Origin: an uncultured delta proteobacterium
Lineage (GTDB): Bacteria > Desulfobacterota > WTBG01
Reading direction: 5' to 3'
DNA length: 64,000 bases
NCBI GenBank assembly: GCA_963751515.1
Contig: CAVVUR010000004.1
Location: forward strand, 47,640-111,639
Shown: positions 46,712 to 56,400 of the stretch, piece after piece
Position numbering within the stretch: the first letter of the stretch is position 1
How the letters are laid out: each line of letters begins with the position of its first letter
Notes under the pieces: generated by a model
Seen by the model: the letters and a program-made list of their open reading frames with translations, nothing else
Database searches by the model: none
Told to the model about the DNA's origin: nothing
Made by a program: the position numbers and the translations under genes

Positions 46712-47677
46712 TTAGCCCATCGAAGCAAGATGCTTTATTCTTTTCACCATGTTGGGGTGGGTGGTAAAAAGTTCCATCATCCTTTCCGCGGCGCTGATCT
46801 TCACACCCTTCTGGCGGATTTCCATCAGCTCATTGCCGTCAATCGTCCCGGACATGTCTGAGTCTATCTGAGCAAGTTCCGTCAGTTCTGTTTTCGCCCG
46901 GGAGGGGTCATTGAGGAAAAACGCCTTTACACCCTCAACTCTGCGCAGGTCCTCCTGTCCCCGGGACCTGGTATTTCCATAGACCAGCTTATAGAGCGCC
47001 GAGGCTAAAAAGTGCGGAGGATTACCGAACTCCACGCTGCCCTTGTCGGCATAGTATTCCCGTATCCGGGACCCGTACAACACCAGAAGGTTGGTAAGAA
47101 AATAGAAAAGCATCGCCCCCAATCCGATCAGCGCGGCAGCACCGCCATCTTCTCTCCTGCGGTCGCCTAACGAACCTCCCCACATCATCCGCATCGCAAT
47201 CCAATACAGGATGAGCGGAATGGCGGAAAGAATAGTAATCACAATCATGTCACGGTGCTTCAGATGGGCCATTTCGTGCCCGAGCACTGCCCGCAACTCA
47301 TCCTTGCTTAACAGCCCGCGGATTCCGCTGGTAACACAGACACGCCCGTCCCTGAGGCTTTTCCCAAAGGCAAACGCGTTGGGTACCGCTATCTGGGATA
47401 TGCCCACCTTGGGCTTGGGGATACCCGCTCTTTCGGCCAGTTCCGACACCATGCGGTGCAATTCAGGCTCCTCATTTTCCGAAACCCATTTCACCCGCAT
47501 GGTTGCCTGCACCATGGCAGGACCGATAAAGTACTGCAGCCCCAGGAAAAGAAAGGCCATGATAACATAGGAGGAGGCACTCCCCTCGCCAAGATAAGTC
47601 CCGGCGGCGGTCATGATTCCATAGAGAATGGCAAATAGCAAGGCAACTAACAGCCACATCCTGGTTTGCAGTCCCAT
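46712..47677 (-). CDS. htpX: M48-family zinc metalloprotease HtpX homologue
   Basis: 321 aa with N-terminal TM helices, the HExxH motif LGHEMAHLKHRD, and the downstream ...REYYADKGS... glutamate region. Confidence 0.88.
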   Translation of the reverse strand: MGLQTRMWLLVALLFAILYGIMTAAGTYLGEGSASSYVIMAFLFLGLQYFIGPAMVQATMRVKWVSENEEPELHRMVSELAERAGIPKPKVGISQIAVPNAFAFGKSLRDGRVCVTSGIRGLLSKDELRAVLGHEMAHLKHRDMIVITILSAIPLILYWIAMRMMWGGSLGDRRREDGGAAALIGLGAMLFYFLTNLLVLYGSRIREYYADKGSVEFGNPPHFLASALYKLVYGNTRSRGQEDLRRVEGVKAFFLNDPSRAKTELTELAQIDSDMSGTIDGNELMEIRQKGVKISAAERMMELFTTHPNMVKRIKHLASMG

Positions 47678-47780
47678 GTTTATCTCCTGCTGAAAGGTTA
47701 CGTTCGATCCTTATTTACAATATAACCGGATAAAATCCTTCTCGCAAGCCCTCAGCATGTAAAGACACATTGTTGTGGCG

Positions 47781-47840
47781 TCAAAAGCCCCTCCCCCTTG
47801 AGCCACGAATCAGATGGGTGTTTTTTCAACAGCCTGCTAA
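47781..47840 (-). repeat. ~60-bp repeat, copy B (inverted), starting at the stop codon of the FDBR-like gene 3
   Basis: The reverse complement reads TTAGCAGGCTGTTGAAAAAACACCCATCTGATTCGTGGCTCAAGGGGGAGGGGCTTTTGA. The stop codon TAG (47839-47837) is part of the repeat, as in copy A. Confidence 0.8.
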
Positions 47841-48556
47841 AATTGTGTAATCAGCGACAGGTGTGAAAGCTCCTTCCCGATGGCACGGGTCAGCATCATG
47901 TCCCCGATTGAGTCCCGGGCCTGGAATACGGCGCGGATCGCGTTCTTCCTGGCATTCAATGCTTTCATGTAATCAGCGGGACCCGGCTGTTCCTTCTTCC
48001 AGAGATCTATATAAACTTTGAGGTACTCTGCCGTCAGATTGAGCAGCTTGTCCCGGTTTTCCGGGGTGGCCTCTGCCTCGGTGGTAATAACGTACGGCGA
48101 GCTTATCACCCTGAACCAGTTCTCACTCCTCACCCGGGAGGGCGGAAAACTGTCAAGGCCCTTGTCATAAATATCCTCCAGCGGGGTGAGGTATTTATCC
48201 AGATACGGCAGATCGAGAACGCAGTCCGCGATGGGGTAAAAGTCAAGGATGAAAAAGCTTCCCTTGGCGCTGTCGGCCCAGTAGCTGGAGAAAAGGGGCA
48301 GCGCATGGTTGTCATCAGGCCAGATCATCAGGGCATAGGACATGAGCTTTTCGCGGAACGCCCCGACGCCAAGGGCTATTTTCTCAAGTTTTGGCGCTTT
48401 ATAGAGGTACTTGTATCCCGTGTACCCCTCGCCCTTCTGGTCCCAGAGAGGCTTTATATCATGTCCCTGGTATTCTTCCATAAGGGTTCCCCCGAATTCC
48501 TTTATCAGCTCCTGCATCTTTTCGCCGTACAATGGAAATGTATACTCCGCGCTCAT
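47837..48556 (-). CDS. FDBR-fold-like protein, paralogue 3
   Basis: SD GAGGAGG. The sequence MSAEYTFPLYGEKMQELIKEFGG...YQGHDIKPLWD...KLEKIALGVGAFREKLMSYALMIWPDDNHALPLFSSYWADSAKGSFFILDFYPIADC...DKYLTPLE... is by eye about 50% identical to 31304-32032. Confidence 0.55.
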   Translation of the reverse strand: MSAEYTFPLYGEKMQELIKEFGGTLMEEYQGHDIKPLWDQKGEGYTGYKYLYKAPKLEKIALGVGAFREKLMSYALMIWPDDNHALPLFSSYWADSAKGSFFILDFYPIADCVLDLPYLDKYLTPLEDIYDKGLDSFPPSRVRSENWFRVISSPYVITTEAEATPENRDKLLNLTAEYLKVYIDLWKKEQPGPADYMKALNARKNAIRAVFQARDSIGDMMLTRAIGKELSHLSLITQF

Positions 48557-48658
48557 ACTTCCTCCTCATGTCATCGCAACCGTTGTTCAACACCGAACAG
48601 ACCGCTCATTCCGGTTCATCTCGATCGTGCGCTATTATTGCCAATTTAGCGGTCAATG

Positions 48659-49456
48659 TCAAGCACTGACGCCCGGTTTGTTAAACCCGAATGATGTATA
48701 CCCGTAAATGGTGCCGGTGGTCAGTGCCCCGGTAACACAGCGTTCAAGCTTCGCTCCTCTTTTTTGAAGCAATCCCTCGGTGATTGCAGCGGCGCAGTCG
48801 CGCCGCTCACTCGTGTCCGCCTTGTTAAGCAGCACGTAGCGCGGGCTTGTTTCGGGCACACCTTTGAAAAGTCCCTGCGGCGATGCGATAAGCTCAACCA
48901 CCGCCTGCGCATCCAGCAGTTCCCCCAGGCTGCGCCCCACCACGCCGGAAAAAATATCCGCCCGATGCACATGCGCTTCATCGATCGGCTCCCCCACCGC
49001 ATCCAGGCCGATGACCCCGATGGTCCTGGTGGTGTTGTTCGGCACCACCGGCTCGTAATGAGCGGCGGCCTTTATGGGCTTGCGCTTCGATCCGTCACAT
49101 TCAACCAGCATACAGTCGAAAAGTCCCTCCCGGTGCAGCTTTTCAACATATCCCTTATCCACCCCTGCAAGCTTCCTCTCATTCACTACCGTACCGCCCA
49201 GAACAGTGACCGTCCCGCCGGGGAGGGCCTGAAACAGATCCGCCGCCGGAGCCCCATTGACGATCACCCCGTCGCACTCGTCCTTCCCCGGATAAAATAT
49301 GTTGGTGGTGGTGGTGACCAGGACGCGCTTATGGAGGGATTTGAGCGCTCGCGCCAGCGCGAACATGGTGGTGGTCTTGCCGCCGGCGCCGACCAGGCTT
49401 ATGAGCTCATGTCCGTTCTGCTGTATGTCAAATGCATCAAGCAGGTTGTGCGTCAT
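48659..49456 (-). CDS. yqeC: YqeC-like protein (the family annotated as selenium-dependent molybdenum hydroxylase accessory protein)
   Basis: ...HELISLVGAGGKTTTMFALARAL....RVLVTTTTNIFYP...LVECDGSKRKPIKA...VLLNKAD... matches the YqeC-family layout as I remember it. The start overlaps the radical-SAM stop by 4 nt (ATGA). Confidence 0.6.
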   Translation of the reverse strand: MTHNLLDAFDIQQNGHELISLVGAGGKTTTMFALARALKSLHKRVLVTTTTNIFYPGKDECDGVIVNGAPAADLFQALPGGTVTVLGGTVVNERKLAGVDKGYVEKLHREGLFDCMLVECDGSKRKPIKAAAHYEPVVPNNTTRTIGVIGLDAVGEPIDEAHVHRADIFSGVVGRSLGELLDAQAVVELIASPQGLFKGVPETSPRYVLLNKADTSERRDCAAAITEGLLQKRGAKLERCVTGALTTGTIYGYTSFGFNKPGVSA

Positions 49457-51225
49457 GCGACACCACCGGCGATAGGCGAATAATAATCAATGGTAAGCAG
49501 TGAATATTCCTCCCACCCGCTGTATTTTTCATCGCCCTTGAGGAGACGGTGCAGCTCACCGGTTATGTTCCGGTACACCCTGTTCACCGTGCGGGAATCC
49601 ATACCCGTTTCCGTGTGAAAAGACCAGCCTCCCAGGGAAAATGGTTCTTCATTGTCTGCCCGCAGCTGGAGACGATACCGTTCCGGTTCACGGCCCAGGC
49701 AGGAATGCCGGTCCAGGTGGAAGGGGCTGAATTCAAAATGGTTGAACGGGGACAGGAAAAGGTCACTGTTTTTCTTGAAAAAGTGGAAGGTCTCATAAGC
49801 TTCTTCAACCGTCTCGTGGGGAAGGCCGATCATGGCAAAAACCCTGTAGTATATGCCGGCAGCAGTACAGTTTTTGAGAATTGCCTCTGCCTGCTGCACG
49901 GATATTCCCTTGTTGATTGCATCAAGACGTTTCTGGCATCCTGATTCAAGCCCAAAGAGAATTTTTCTGCATCCTCCCCGGTATATATGCCGGCACAGCT
50001 CTTCTGTAAAGCCCTTCTCGAACCGGCCGTAACAGATATACCTCACATCGAGTTTTCTCGTAAGCAACTCGGTCGCAATATCGGCCAGCAGCTCCGGGTG
50101 ACACGATTCATCGGTAAATTGAAAATAGGGGGTTTTATATTGGAGCGAGAGTGCTTCGAGTTGATCAACGATCAATCGCACGCTTTTTACCCTGTAACCA
50201 TTGTCAGCGAGCATGTTACTGTAAGATATGTCACAGAAACAGCATTTCCCCCAGTAACAACCCTTTCCCAGATTATAGGGAAGCACCACGCGGGGGGCCA
50301 GATAACTCATGAGCGGCAGCCCGTCAAAGTCCGGGGTGGGAAGCTCGTTTATGTTTTCCACCAGAAAGGGGGCATTGGTTTGAACCGCGCCCCCGGAGGG
50401 GAATATCAGGTTGGGGACATCCTTCAGGGCGCCCTCACCTTCCATGGTTTTCATGAGCTGAAGCAGGGCGGTTTCACCCTCATACACGATCACCCCATCG
50501 CAGAAGGTGAAAAATCGCCCCTCCTGCTGCAGCGCGGCGACCAGTTTTACAAAAACGGTTCCACCGATAAAAACCGGCCGGCCGGCCTGTCGCAACTGAT
50601 ACGCAAGGGTCAGACCGGGAATAATCTGCTGGTAATTAAGGATCGATATCCCGATTGCATCGGGCCGGTACGCATCGACCCGGGGAAGCACATGCTCCCG
50701 GTAAAGAGGCCCGAAGAGGTTTAAGTCGTCATCCCTCACCGCGTCAAGCAGATCTGAGAAGCGGTCGCTGCGGTAGGGTGCTTCAAAGGCCGGGTTGTCC
50801 ATCCGCACGCTCATCTGCGGATGGACCGGCAGGGCAACAAGGCGCAAGGCTTCATTTAGTTTCCTTCGCGCCCATTTAAATCGGTCCCGGTTATAAAATT
50901 CCCGTCCCCGCAAAATGGTTATGGCATCAATCGTTTCCCGGGGAAGGTTCTGAGATGACCGGCAGAGTTCAAAAAGGGAATGCCAGTAGCTGGCGTCTTC
51001 GTAGCCCTTCACCCCCTTTCGGTCAATTGCGGCCATTTTCTCTTCGGCCTTTTTGAGCGAGCGCTGCAGGTTGCCGGGTTGGCACAGGTGCAGCAGCAGT
51101 TCCAGGTCCAGGTCCCAGATTTCAACCTCATGCCCCGCTTTCCGCAGGGCAGCCGCAAGACATGCCGGGGCCAAATGCGGACCTCTCGGATCACAAACCG
51201 GCGGAAAAAGGATGAGCATCTTCAT
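49453..51225 (-). CDS. B12-binding-domain radical SAM enzyme (class B-like)
   Basis: The likely start is the ATG at 51225 (MKMLILFPPVCDPRGPHLAPACLAAALRKAGHEVEIWDLD, a B12-binding Rossmann-like N-terminus). The cluster region is LGKGCYWGKCCFCD (C-x4-C-x2-C spacing with one extra Cys). ...ILFGLESG... is typical of radical SAM cores. Confidence 0.75.
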   Translation of the reverse strand: MKMLILFPPVCDPRGPHLAPACLAAALRKAGHEVEIWDLDLELLLHLCQPGNLQRSLKKAEEKMAAIDRKGVKGYEDASYWHSLFELCRSSQNLPRETIDAITILRGREFYNRDRFKWARRKLNEALRLVALPVHPQMSVRMDNPAFEAPYRSDRFSDLLDAVRDDDLNLFGPLYREHVLPRVDAYRPDAIGISILNYQQIIPGLTLAYQLRQAGRPVFIGGTVFVKLVAALQQEGRFFTFCDGVIVYEGETALLQLMKTMEGEGALKDVPNLIFPSGGAVQTNAPFLVENINELPTPDFDGLPLMSYLAPRVVLPYNLGKGCYWGKCCFCDISYSNMLADNGYRVKSVRLIVDQLEALSLQYKTPYFQFTDESCHPELLADIATELLTRKLDVRYICYGRFEKGFTEELCRHIYRGGCRKILFGLESGCQKRLDAINKGISVQQAEAILKNCTAAGIYYRVFAMIGLPHETVEEAYETFHFFKKNSDLFLSPFNHFEFSPFHLDRHSCLGREPERYRLQLRADNEEPFSLGGWSFHTETGMDSRTVNRVYRNITGELHRLLKGDEKYSGWEEYSLLTIDYYSPIAGGVA

Positions 51226-51403
51226 ATGCGTACTGCCAACCGATATAATTTCATCGCTTTCGTTTTTTCGGCTTTGCGGATGTATCTGCGCACGGGCGGC
51301 ATTCGCCACTGCACCGATTGTACCATTATGCGGGCCACCGTGGCAAACTGCTTTTTTTAACTTGACAACCATACTGTTATACTCTACTCAGATATGACAA
51401 CCA

Positions 51404-52345
51404 ATGTACCAGTACCCCAGGAGTGCATGCATGATTAAAAATAATCCTCAAGACACCATTGTGGCCAAGGTTAACGCCGAGGAACTCTATGAATCCCAGC
51501 TGGAAGAAGCGGTGTCAAACTACCGCACGTCCCTAAAAGAACAGGGCATTGACATCAGGGTCTTTGGAAAGGACCAGCTCCATAATGTGCGGCAATTCAT
51601 GTTAGCAAAACTGGTGGAGCGCGAAGTGCTCCACCAGGAGGCGGTGAGACAGAAGATTAAGGTTACGTCAAAGGAGATTGATCAGGTAATGGAGGAATCA
51701 GAAAAGGACTATGCTTCCCACCAGGAGTTTCTGAGCGATATACTGAACGATGGCGCTTCTCTGAAAACCTACAAGGAGAGGCTTGCCTACGACATGATTA
51801 TCAACAAGCTGGTCTCCAAGCGCTATGAACGGCTTAAAAAGGCGATTTCAGCGAAGGAAATAAGCAGCTTTTACCGGAACAATACCCAGCTGTTTGCCCA
51901 GCCGGAAGCGGTGAACATCGGGCATATCCTGCTGCGGCTGCCGCCGGATGCCGGGGATGACGAGATTGCAAAGGCCAGGGAAAAGCTGAGGAGGATTCGG
52001 GAACAAAAAGCTGATTTTCGTGAGCTGGCAAAAAAATATTCAGAATGTGATTCGGCCGCACAGGGCGGCGACCTGGGTTTCCAGACCCGCGGCCAGCTCT
52101 ATCCCCCGCTTGAGGTGGCCGTGAGCAAGCTGAAAGAGAATGAAATCAGTCAGCCGGTGGTAACGCGCGAAGGTGTGCACCTGGTGAAGCTCTATGCGCG
52201 CAGACCCAAGGGGTTTATCCCCCCCTTTGAGGAGATACAGGGTCACGTGGAACAGGTAATGAAAATAGACCAGGCACAGAAAATCTATCAGGACTATGTT
52301 GATGAGCTGAAGCAGACGGCACAGATTGAGGTATTTATCAGCTAA
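51404..52345 (+). CDS. Parvulin-type peptidyl-prolyl cis-trans isomerase (SurA/PrsA-like)
   Basis: The C-terminal rotamase domain is ...VNIGHILLRL...FRELAKKYSECDSAAQGGDLGFQTRGQLYPPLEVAVSKL...ISQPVVTREGVHLVKL. No clear signal peptide is present. The start could instead be M10 (51431). Confidence 0.8.
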   Translation: MYQYPRSACMIKNNPQDTIVAKVNAEELYESQLEEAVSNYRTSLKEQGIDIRVFGKDQLHNVRQFMLAKLVEREVLHQEAVRQKIKVTSKEIDQVMEESEKDYASHQEFLSDILNDGASLKTYKERLAYDMIINKLVSKRYERLKKAISAKEISSFYRNNTQLFAQPEAVNIGHILLRLPPDAGDDEIAKAREKLRRIREQKADFRELAKKYSECDSAAQGGDLGFQTRGQLYPPLEVAVSKLKENEISQPVVTREGVHLVKLYARRPKGFIPPFEEIQGHVEQVMKIDQAQKIYQDYVDELKQTAQIEVFIS

Positions 52346-52449
52346 AATGATGTTAAACGTTCGCCACACGAGCGGATGCCGGCACTTCCCGGCCATGCTG
52401 CCGGATATGCAGACGCTCTCCAGCCGGGTTTCCCTTCAACCACACCCCG

Positions 52450-52578
52450 CTATTGCTTGACTTCCACGAACAGCGGTCCCGGTTTCATTGCCTGGGTCTT
52501 CTTGCACACCGGGCAGGGATCCGGCGGAACGTCTCCGGTATGAACATAACCGCAGGTTGTACATCTCCATTGCTTCAT
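52450..52578 (-). CDS. 42-aa rubredoxin-like / zinc-ribbon mini-protein (below the ORF-track size cutoff)
   Basis: Manual translation gives MKQWRCTTCGYVHTGDVPPDPCPVCKKTQAMKPGPLFVEVKQ*, with two CxxC pairs in rubredoxin-knuckle spacing (WxCxxCGY...PxxCPxC). SD AGGAGG lies 10 nt upstream. The ORF is 55 nt downstream of the NuoG-like gene on the same strand. Confidence 0.6.
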   Translation of the reverse strand: MKQWRCTTCGYVHTGDVPPDPCPVCKKTQAMKPGPLFVEVKQ

Positions 52579-52632
52579 AGGGCATCTTCCTCCTGCGTGA
52601 CGTGAATAAAAAACCGGTTTTCAAGCGCTGCG

Positions 52633-53409
52633 TCATCTGGGCTTTGAGCCGAAAATAAATTGGGCGGCTTTTTTTCTCCGTCGGGCATCCGGGCTTAAGT
52701 CCTTGAGATCCTTGAGCAGCTCCTGGTTCTTGTCGCACACCCTGTCCACCACCCGCTCCGTGGCAAAGCGCTTCATTGATTCCGCGCACTCCTTGAGCTT
52801 TAATCGGGTCTTGTGCCAGGTCTCCATAACCCGTTCATCACCCTGGTCGATAATGTCTATAGCGTCAGCGGGACATACATACTCGCAGGCGCCGCAGCCG
52901 ATGCAGACGGCTGACGGCTGATACCAGGGGGTATTGACGCTGGTGTGCTTACCGCGCCCGGAATAATGAATTGCACCCACATCCAGAAGCTCCGAGCAGA
53001 CCCGGAGGCATAATCCGCAGAGGACACAGCGGTCCCCCTTGGCCGAGAGGTCCATGCGCTCAAACCGCGTACGGTCCACGCCGTAGTGCGCAGCAAGTTC
53101 CCGGATCTTTTTTGATCCCGGTGCTTCAGCCAGATAGAGTTCCAGCAGCATCTTCCGGATCTCAACCACATCGGGCGTTTTGGTTTCAATGGTCAACCCC
53201 TCCGAGGTGGTCAGGGTACACGAGGTGGTGATGCCCGGTTTGCTTCCCGCCACCACCTGCACCATGCAGAGCCTGCAGGCCCCGTAAGGGGTAAGCCCCT
53301 CGCGATGGCAGAGATAGGGAACATCAATGCCGTGATCGATCATGAACTGAAGCAGGTTCAGGTTCGCTTCCGCCTGATAGGTTTTGCCGTCAATAACCAT
53401 GGTTACCAT
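52633..53409 (-). CDS. NuoG/HydA N-terminal-like FeS protein ([2Fe-2S] ferredoxin domain plus two [4Fe-4S] motifs)
   Basis: MVTMVIDGKTYQAEANLNLLQFMIDHGIDVPYLCHREGLTPYGACRLCMVQV..., CVLCGLCLRVC and CIGCGACEYVCP. The 258-aa protein has no molybdopterin domain. Confidence 0.8.
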   Translation of the reverse strand: MVTMVIDGKTYQAEANLNLLQFMIDHGIDVPYLCHREGLTPYGACRLCMVQVVAGSKPGITTSCTLTTSEGLTIETKTPDVVEIRKMLLELYLAEAPGSKKIRELAAHYGVDRTRFERMDLSAKGDRCVLCGLCLRVCSELLDVGAIHYSGRGKHTSVNTPWYQPSAVCIGCGACEYVCPADAIDIIDQGDERVMETWHKTRLKLKECAESMKRFATERVVDRVCDKNQELLKDLKDLSPDARRRKKAAQFIFGSKPR

Positions 53410-53452
53410 TGCAGTTCCTTCTCCCTGTAATCCCGTGCAGGACGGTGTTCAC

Positions 53453-56400
53453 TTATTCCTCTTCATCCTCTCCCTTAACATCACACCGGAGGCAGCGAAC
53501 CGTTTCCGCCACTGCCTGTTCCCGCGCATAGGTGGGTGACACTTCCTCAACATTGCCTCTGTAGTCACTGAAGGTGCGACACTCAACCGTGTGACGTTTG
53601 CCGCCCTGCGGTTCCACCGAAACCTCCATGGAGTAGGGTATGCTCTTTTTGAGCTTATCAAACCGGCTCTCCCCCATGAGACGGGCATCAATGATCCTGG
53701 CAAAGGTTTTTCCGTGCCCCATGGCATCGGTTACCGTGTTGGGTCCGGTCACCACGTCCCCGCCCGCGTAGACGCTGTCGGCTGCGGTCTGAAAGGTGTA
53801 GGTGTCCACTCCCACCGTTCCGTTTCTGGCGATGTTCACCTTGAGCTTCTTGAGGAAGCCGGTGTCAGGCCGTCCGCCGATCGCGGTAACCACCGCGTCA
53901 CACTTCAGCAGGCGGGTTTTCCCCGTGGGCTCGGGGGTAATTCTCCCGGCAAGATCATACGCACCCATGCGCATCTGCATGACCTCAATGCCGCTCACCC
54001 TGCCGCCCGTGCCCTTGAGCGCGTGGGGCGCGCCCAGGAATATGAACTGCACCCCCTCTATTTCCGCCTCATGTATCTCTTCCTTGAGGGCGGGCATCTC
54101 CTCCTTGATCCGGCGGTAGAGAATGGTGACGTTCGCTCCGAGGCGGAGCAGCACCCGGGCGCAGTCGATGGCCACATTGCCGCCGCCCACCACCACCACC
54201 TCCCTGCCCATCACCGGAGGCTTGCCCATGGCCACATCCCGCAAAAACTTCATGCCCGGATAGACCCCCTGCAGTTCCTCGCCGGGTACGTCCAGCTTCA
54301 TGTCTTCATGTGCGCCGGTGGCAATATAGAACGCGCTGCATTTCCCGGCCATAATCTCCTTGAGGGTGATGTCCTTCCCGACCCGCTGGTTGTACCTGAA
54401 CTCAACCCCCAGGTCACGGATCTGGTCGATTTCCCTCCGCAGAACCGCCTTGGGAAGCCTGAACTCGGGTATGCCGTAGTGCAGCATCCCCCCGGCTTCC
54501 GGCTGCGCCTCAAAAACGGTCACCCGGTGGCCCAGGCGCGCAAGATAGTAAGCAGCGGTAAGGCCTGCCGGCCCCGCGCCGATGATGGCAATCTTCTTTT
54601 TGGTGTCGGGAAATACCGCTTTGGGCTTCAGACGGGACGCGGCGATGTGCTCATAGCGATAGTCAGAGATAAAGCGCCGTATCTGCCTGATGGCAACCGG
54701 GTCATCAACCTCACCCCGGCGGCATTTTGCCTCGCAGGGATGGTGGCAGACCCTGCCGCAGACCGCGGGCAGGGGGTTGTCTTCCAGGATGAGCCGGTAG
54801 GCGGCCTCCAGGCGTTCTTCCTTCATCAGCTGAATAAAGCCCGGGGCATTCATGTGCAGCGGGCACTTGTTTTCACAGGGCGCCAGGAACAGGGCGTCGC
54901 ATACCCCGGCGCGGCACCGCTTCTGAATGATGTGCTCCTCATATTCATCCCGGAAGTAGCGGAGGGCGGTGAGCACCGGATTAGGCGCCGTCTGGCCCAG
55001 CCCGCAGAGCGAGGCGGTGGAAATGACCTTTGCCAGTTCTTCCAGTTCGGCAAGGTGCCGCAGCTCGCCTCTTCCCTTGGTAATTTCCTCGAGTATGACC
55101 AGCATCTGCTCCAGTCCCCTCCGGCAGGGGACGCATTTGCCGCAGGATTCCTCCTGGGTAAAGGAGAGAAAATACTTGGTGATGTCCACCATGCAGGAAT
55201 CCTCGTCCATCACCACCATGCCGCCGGAGCCCATGATGGAGCCGATCTTTTTAAGGCTCTCATAATCCACCTTGCTGTTAAACAGGGATGCGGGAATGCA
55301 GCCGCCGGACGGACCGCCGGTTTGCACCGCCTTGATACGCTTCCCCTTGATGCCGCCGCCGCCCATTTCATAAATGATTTCTTTCAAGCTGATCCCCATG
55401 GGGACTTCAACCAGCCCCACCCGCTCGACCTTTCCCACCAGCGAGAAGACCTTGGTTCCCTTGCAGTCCTCCGTTCCGGTGGCATTGAACCACGCCGCCC
55501 CCTTGGCCATAATCACCGGGATATTACACCAGGTCTCAACATTGTTGATGATGGTCGGCTTCCCGTTGAGGCCGCTGACCGCCGGAAACGGCGGCCGGGG
55601 CCGGGGGCGCCCGGAGTGCCCTTCGATTGAGGCAATGAGGGCGGTTTCCTCGCCGCAGACAAAGGCGCCGGCACCGCAGACGATGTGAATGTCAAAGCTG
55701 AATCCGTCAGCGATATTGTTTCCCAAAAGGCCATGGCTGCGCGCCTGATCAATGGCGGTCTGGATGCGCTCGATGGCCAGAGGATATTCGGTGCGCGCAT
55801 AGATGATCCCCTCATCAGCGCCGATGGCAAAAGCCCCGATGATCATCCCCTCCAGCAGCATGTGGGGATCGCTCTCCATTTCGTTGCGGTTCATGTAGGC
55901 GCCGGGATCACCCTCGTCGGCATTGCAGATGATATATTTCTTGTCGCTCTTCACCGTGCGGGCGATGCCCCACTTGGTGGCGGTGGGAAAACCCGCCCCG
56001 CCCCTGCCGCGCAGACCCGCGTCGCCGACCGTCTTGAGCACCGCGTCGGGAGTCATGTCGGTGAGCACCTTGAGGGCGGTCGCGTATCCCCCAACCCCGA
56101 TGTATTCCTCGATGCTTTCCGGGTTGATCAATCCGCTCTCCCGCAGCACGATCTTCTTCTGCTTGCTGTAGAACGGTATCTCGTGTGAGTGGGGAATCCG
56201 GGGAAAGCCGGTGCCGAACACGATGCCCCCGGGCTGGATGAAATTATCCGCCTTCTCTATTTTGCAGAATATCTTCTGCTCGTATAATCTGCCCTGCGAC
56301 AGCTCGGCGGCAATGGCGCGGACATCATCCGCGGTGACCCGGTTAAACACCACCAGCGGACGGCGGGGCAGGAAGACATTGACCAGCGGCTCCTCCCCGC

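Noticed and set aside
44871-47840. Interpreting the 60-bp inverted repeats as the ends of a transposon carrying the three genes between them.
   Set aside because: No transposase lies between them and no target-site duplication flanks them (left flank ...CCCTGCT, right flank AATTGTG...). I therefore reported them only as a repeat pair.
52436-52789. The 117-aa minus-strand ORF downstream of the NuoG-like gene.
   Set aside because: It overlaps the 3' end of 52633-53409 and has no motifs. A different frame of the same DNA encodes the well-formed 42-aa rubredoxin-like ORF with a strong SD sequence.
53591-55630. A 679-aa plus-strand ORF, together with similar long antisense ORFs at 45021-46193, 60691-61815, 24636-25772, 19639-20556, 62948-63709, 48764-49483, 49987-50724, 28913-29590 and 42731-43279.
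   Set aside because: Each lies entirely opposite a gene with strong family motifs, and their translations are Arg/Gly/Pro/His/Ala-rich low-complexity sequence without motifs. These are typical shadow ORFs of GC-rich coding DNA.
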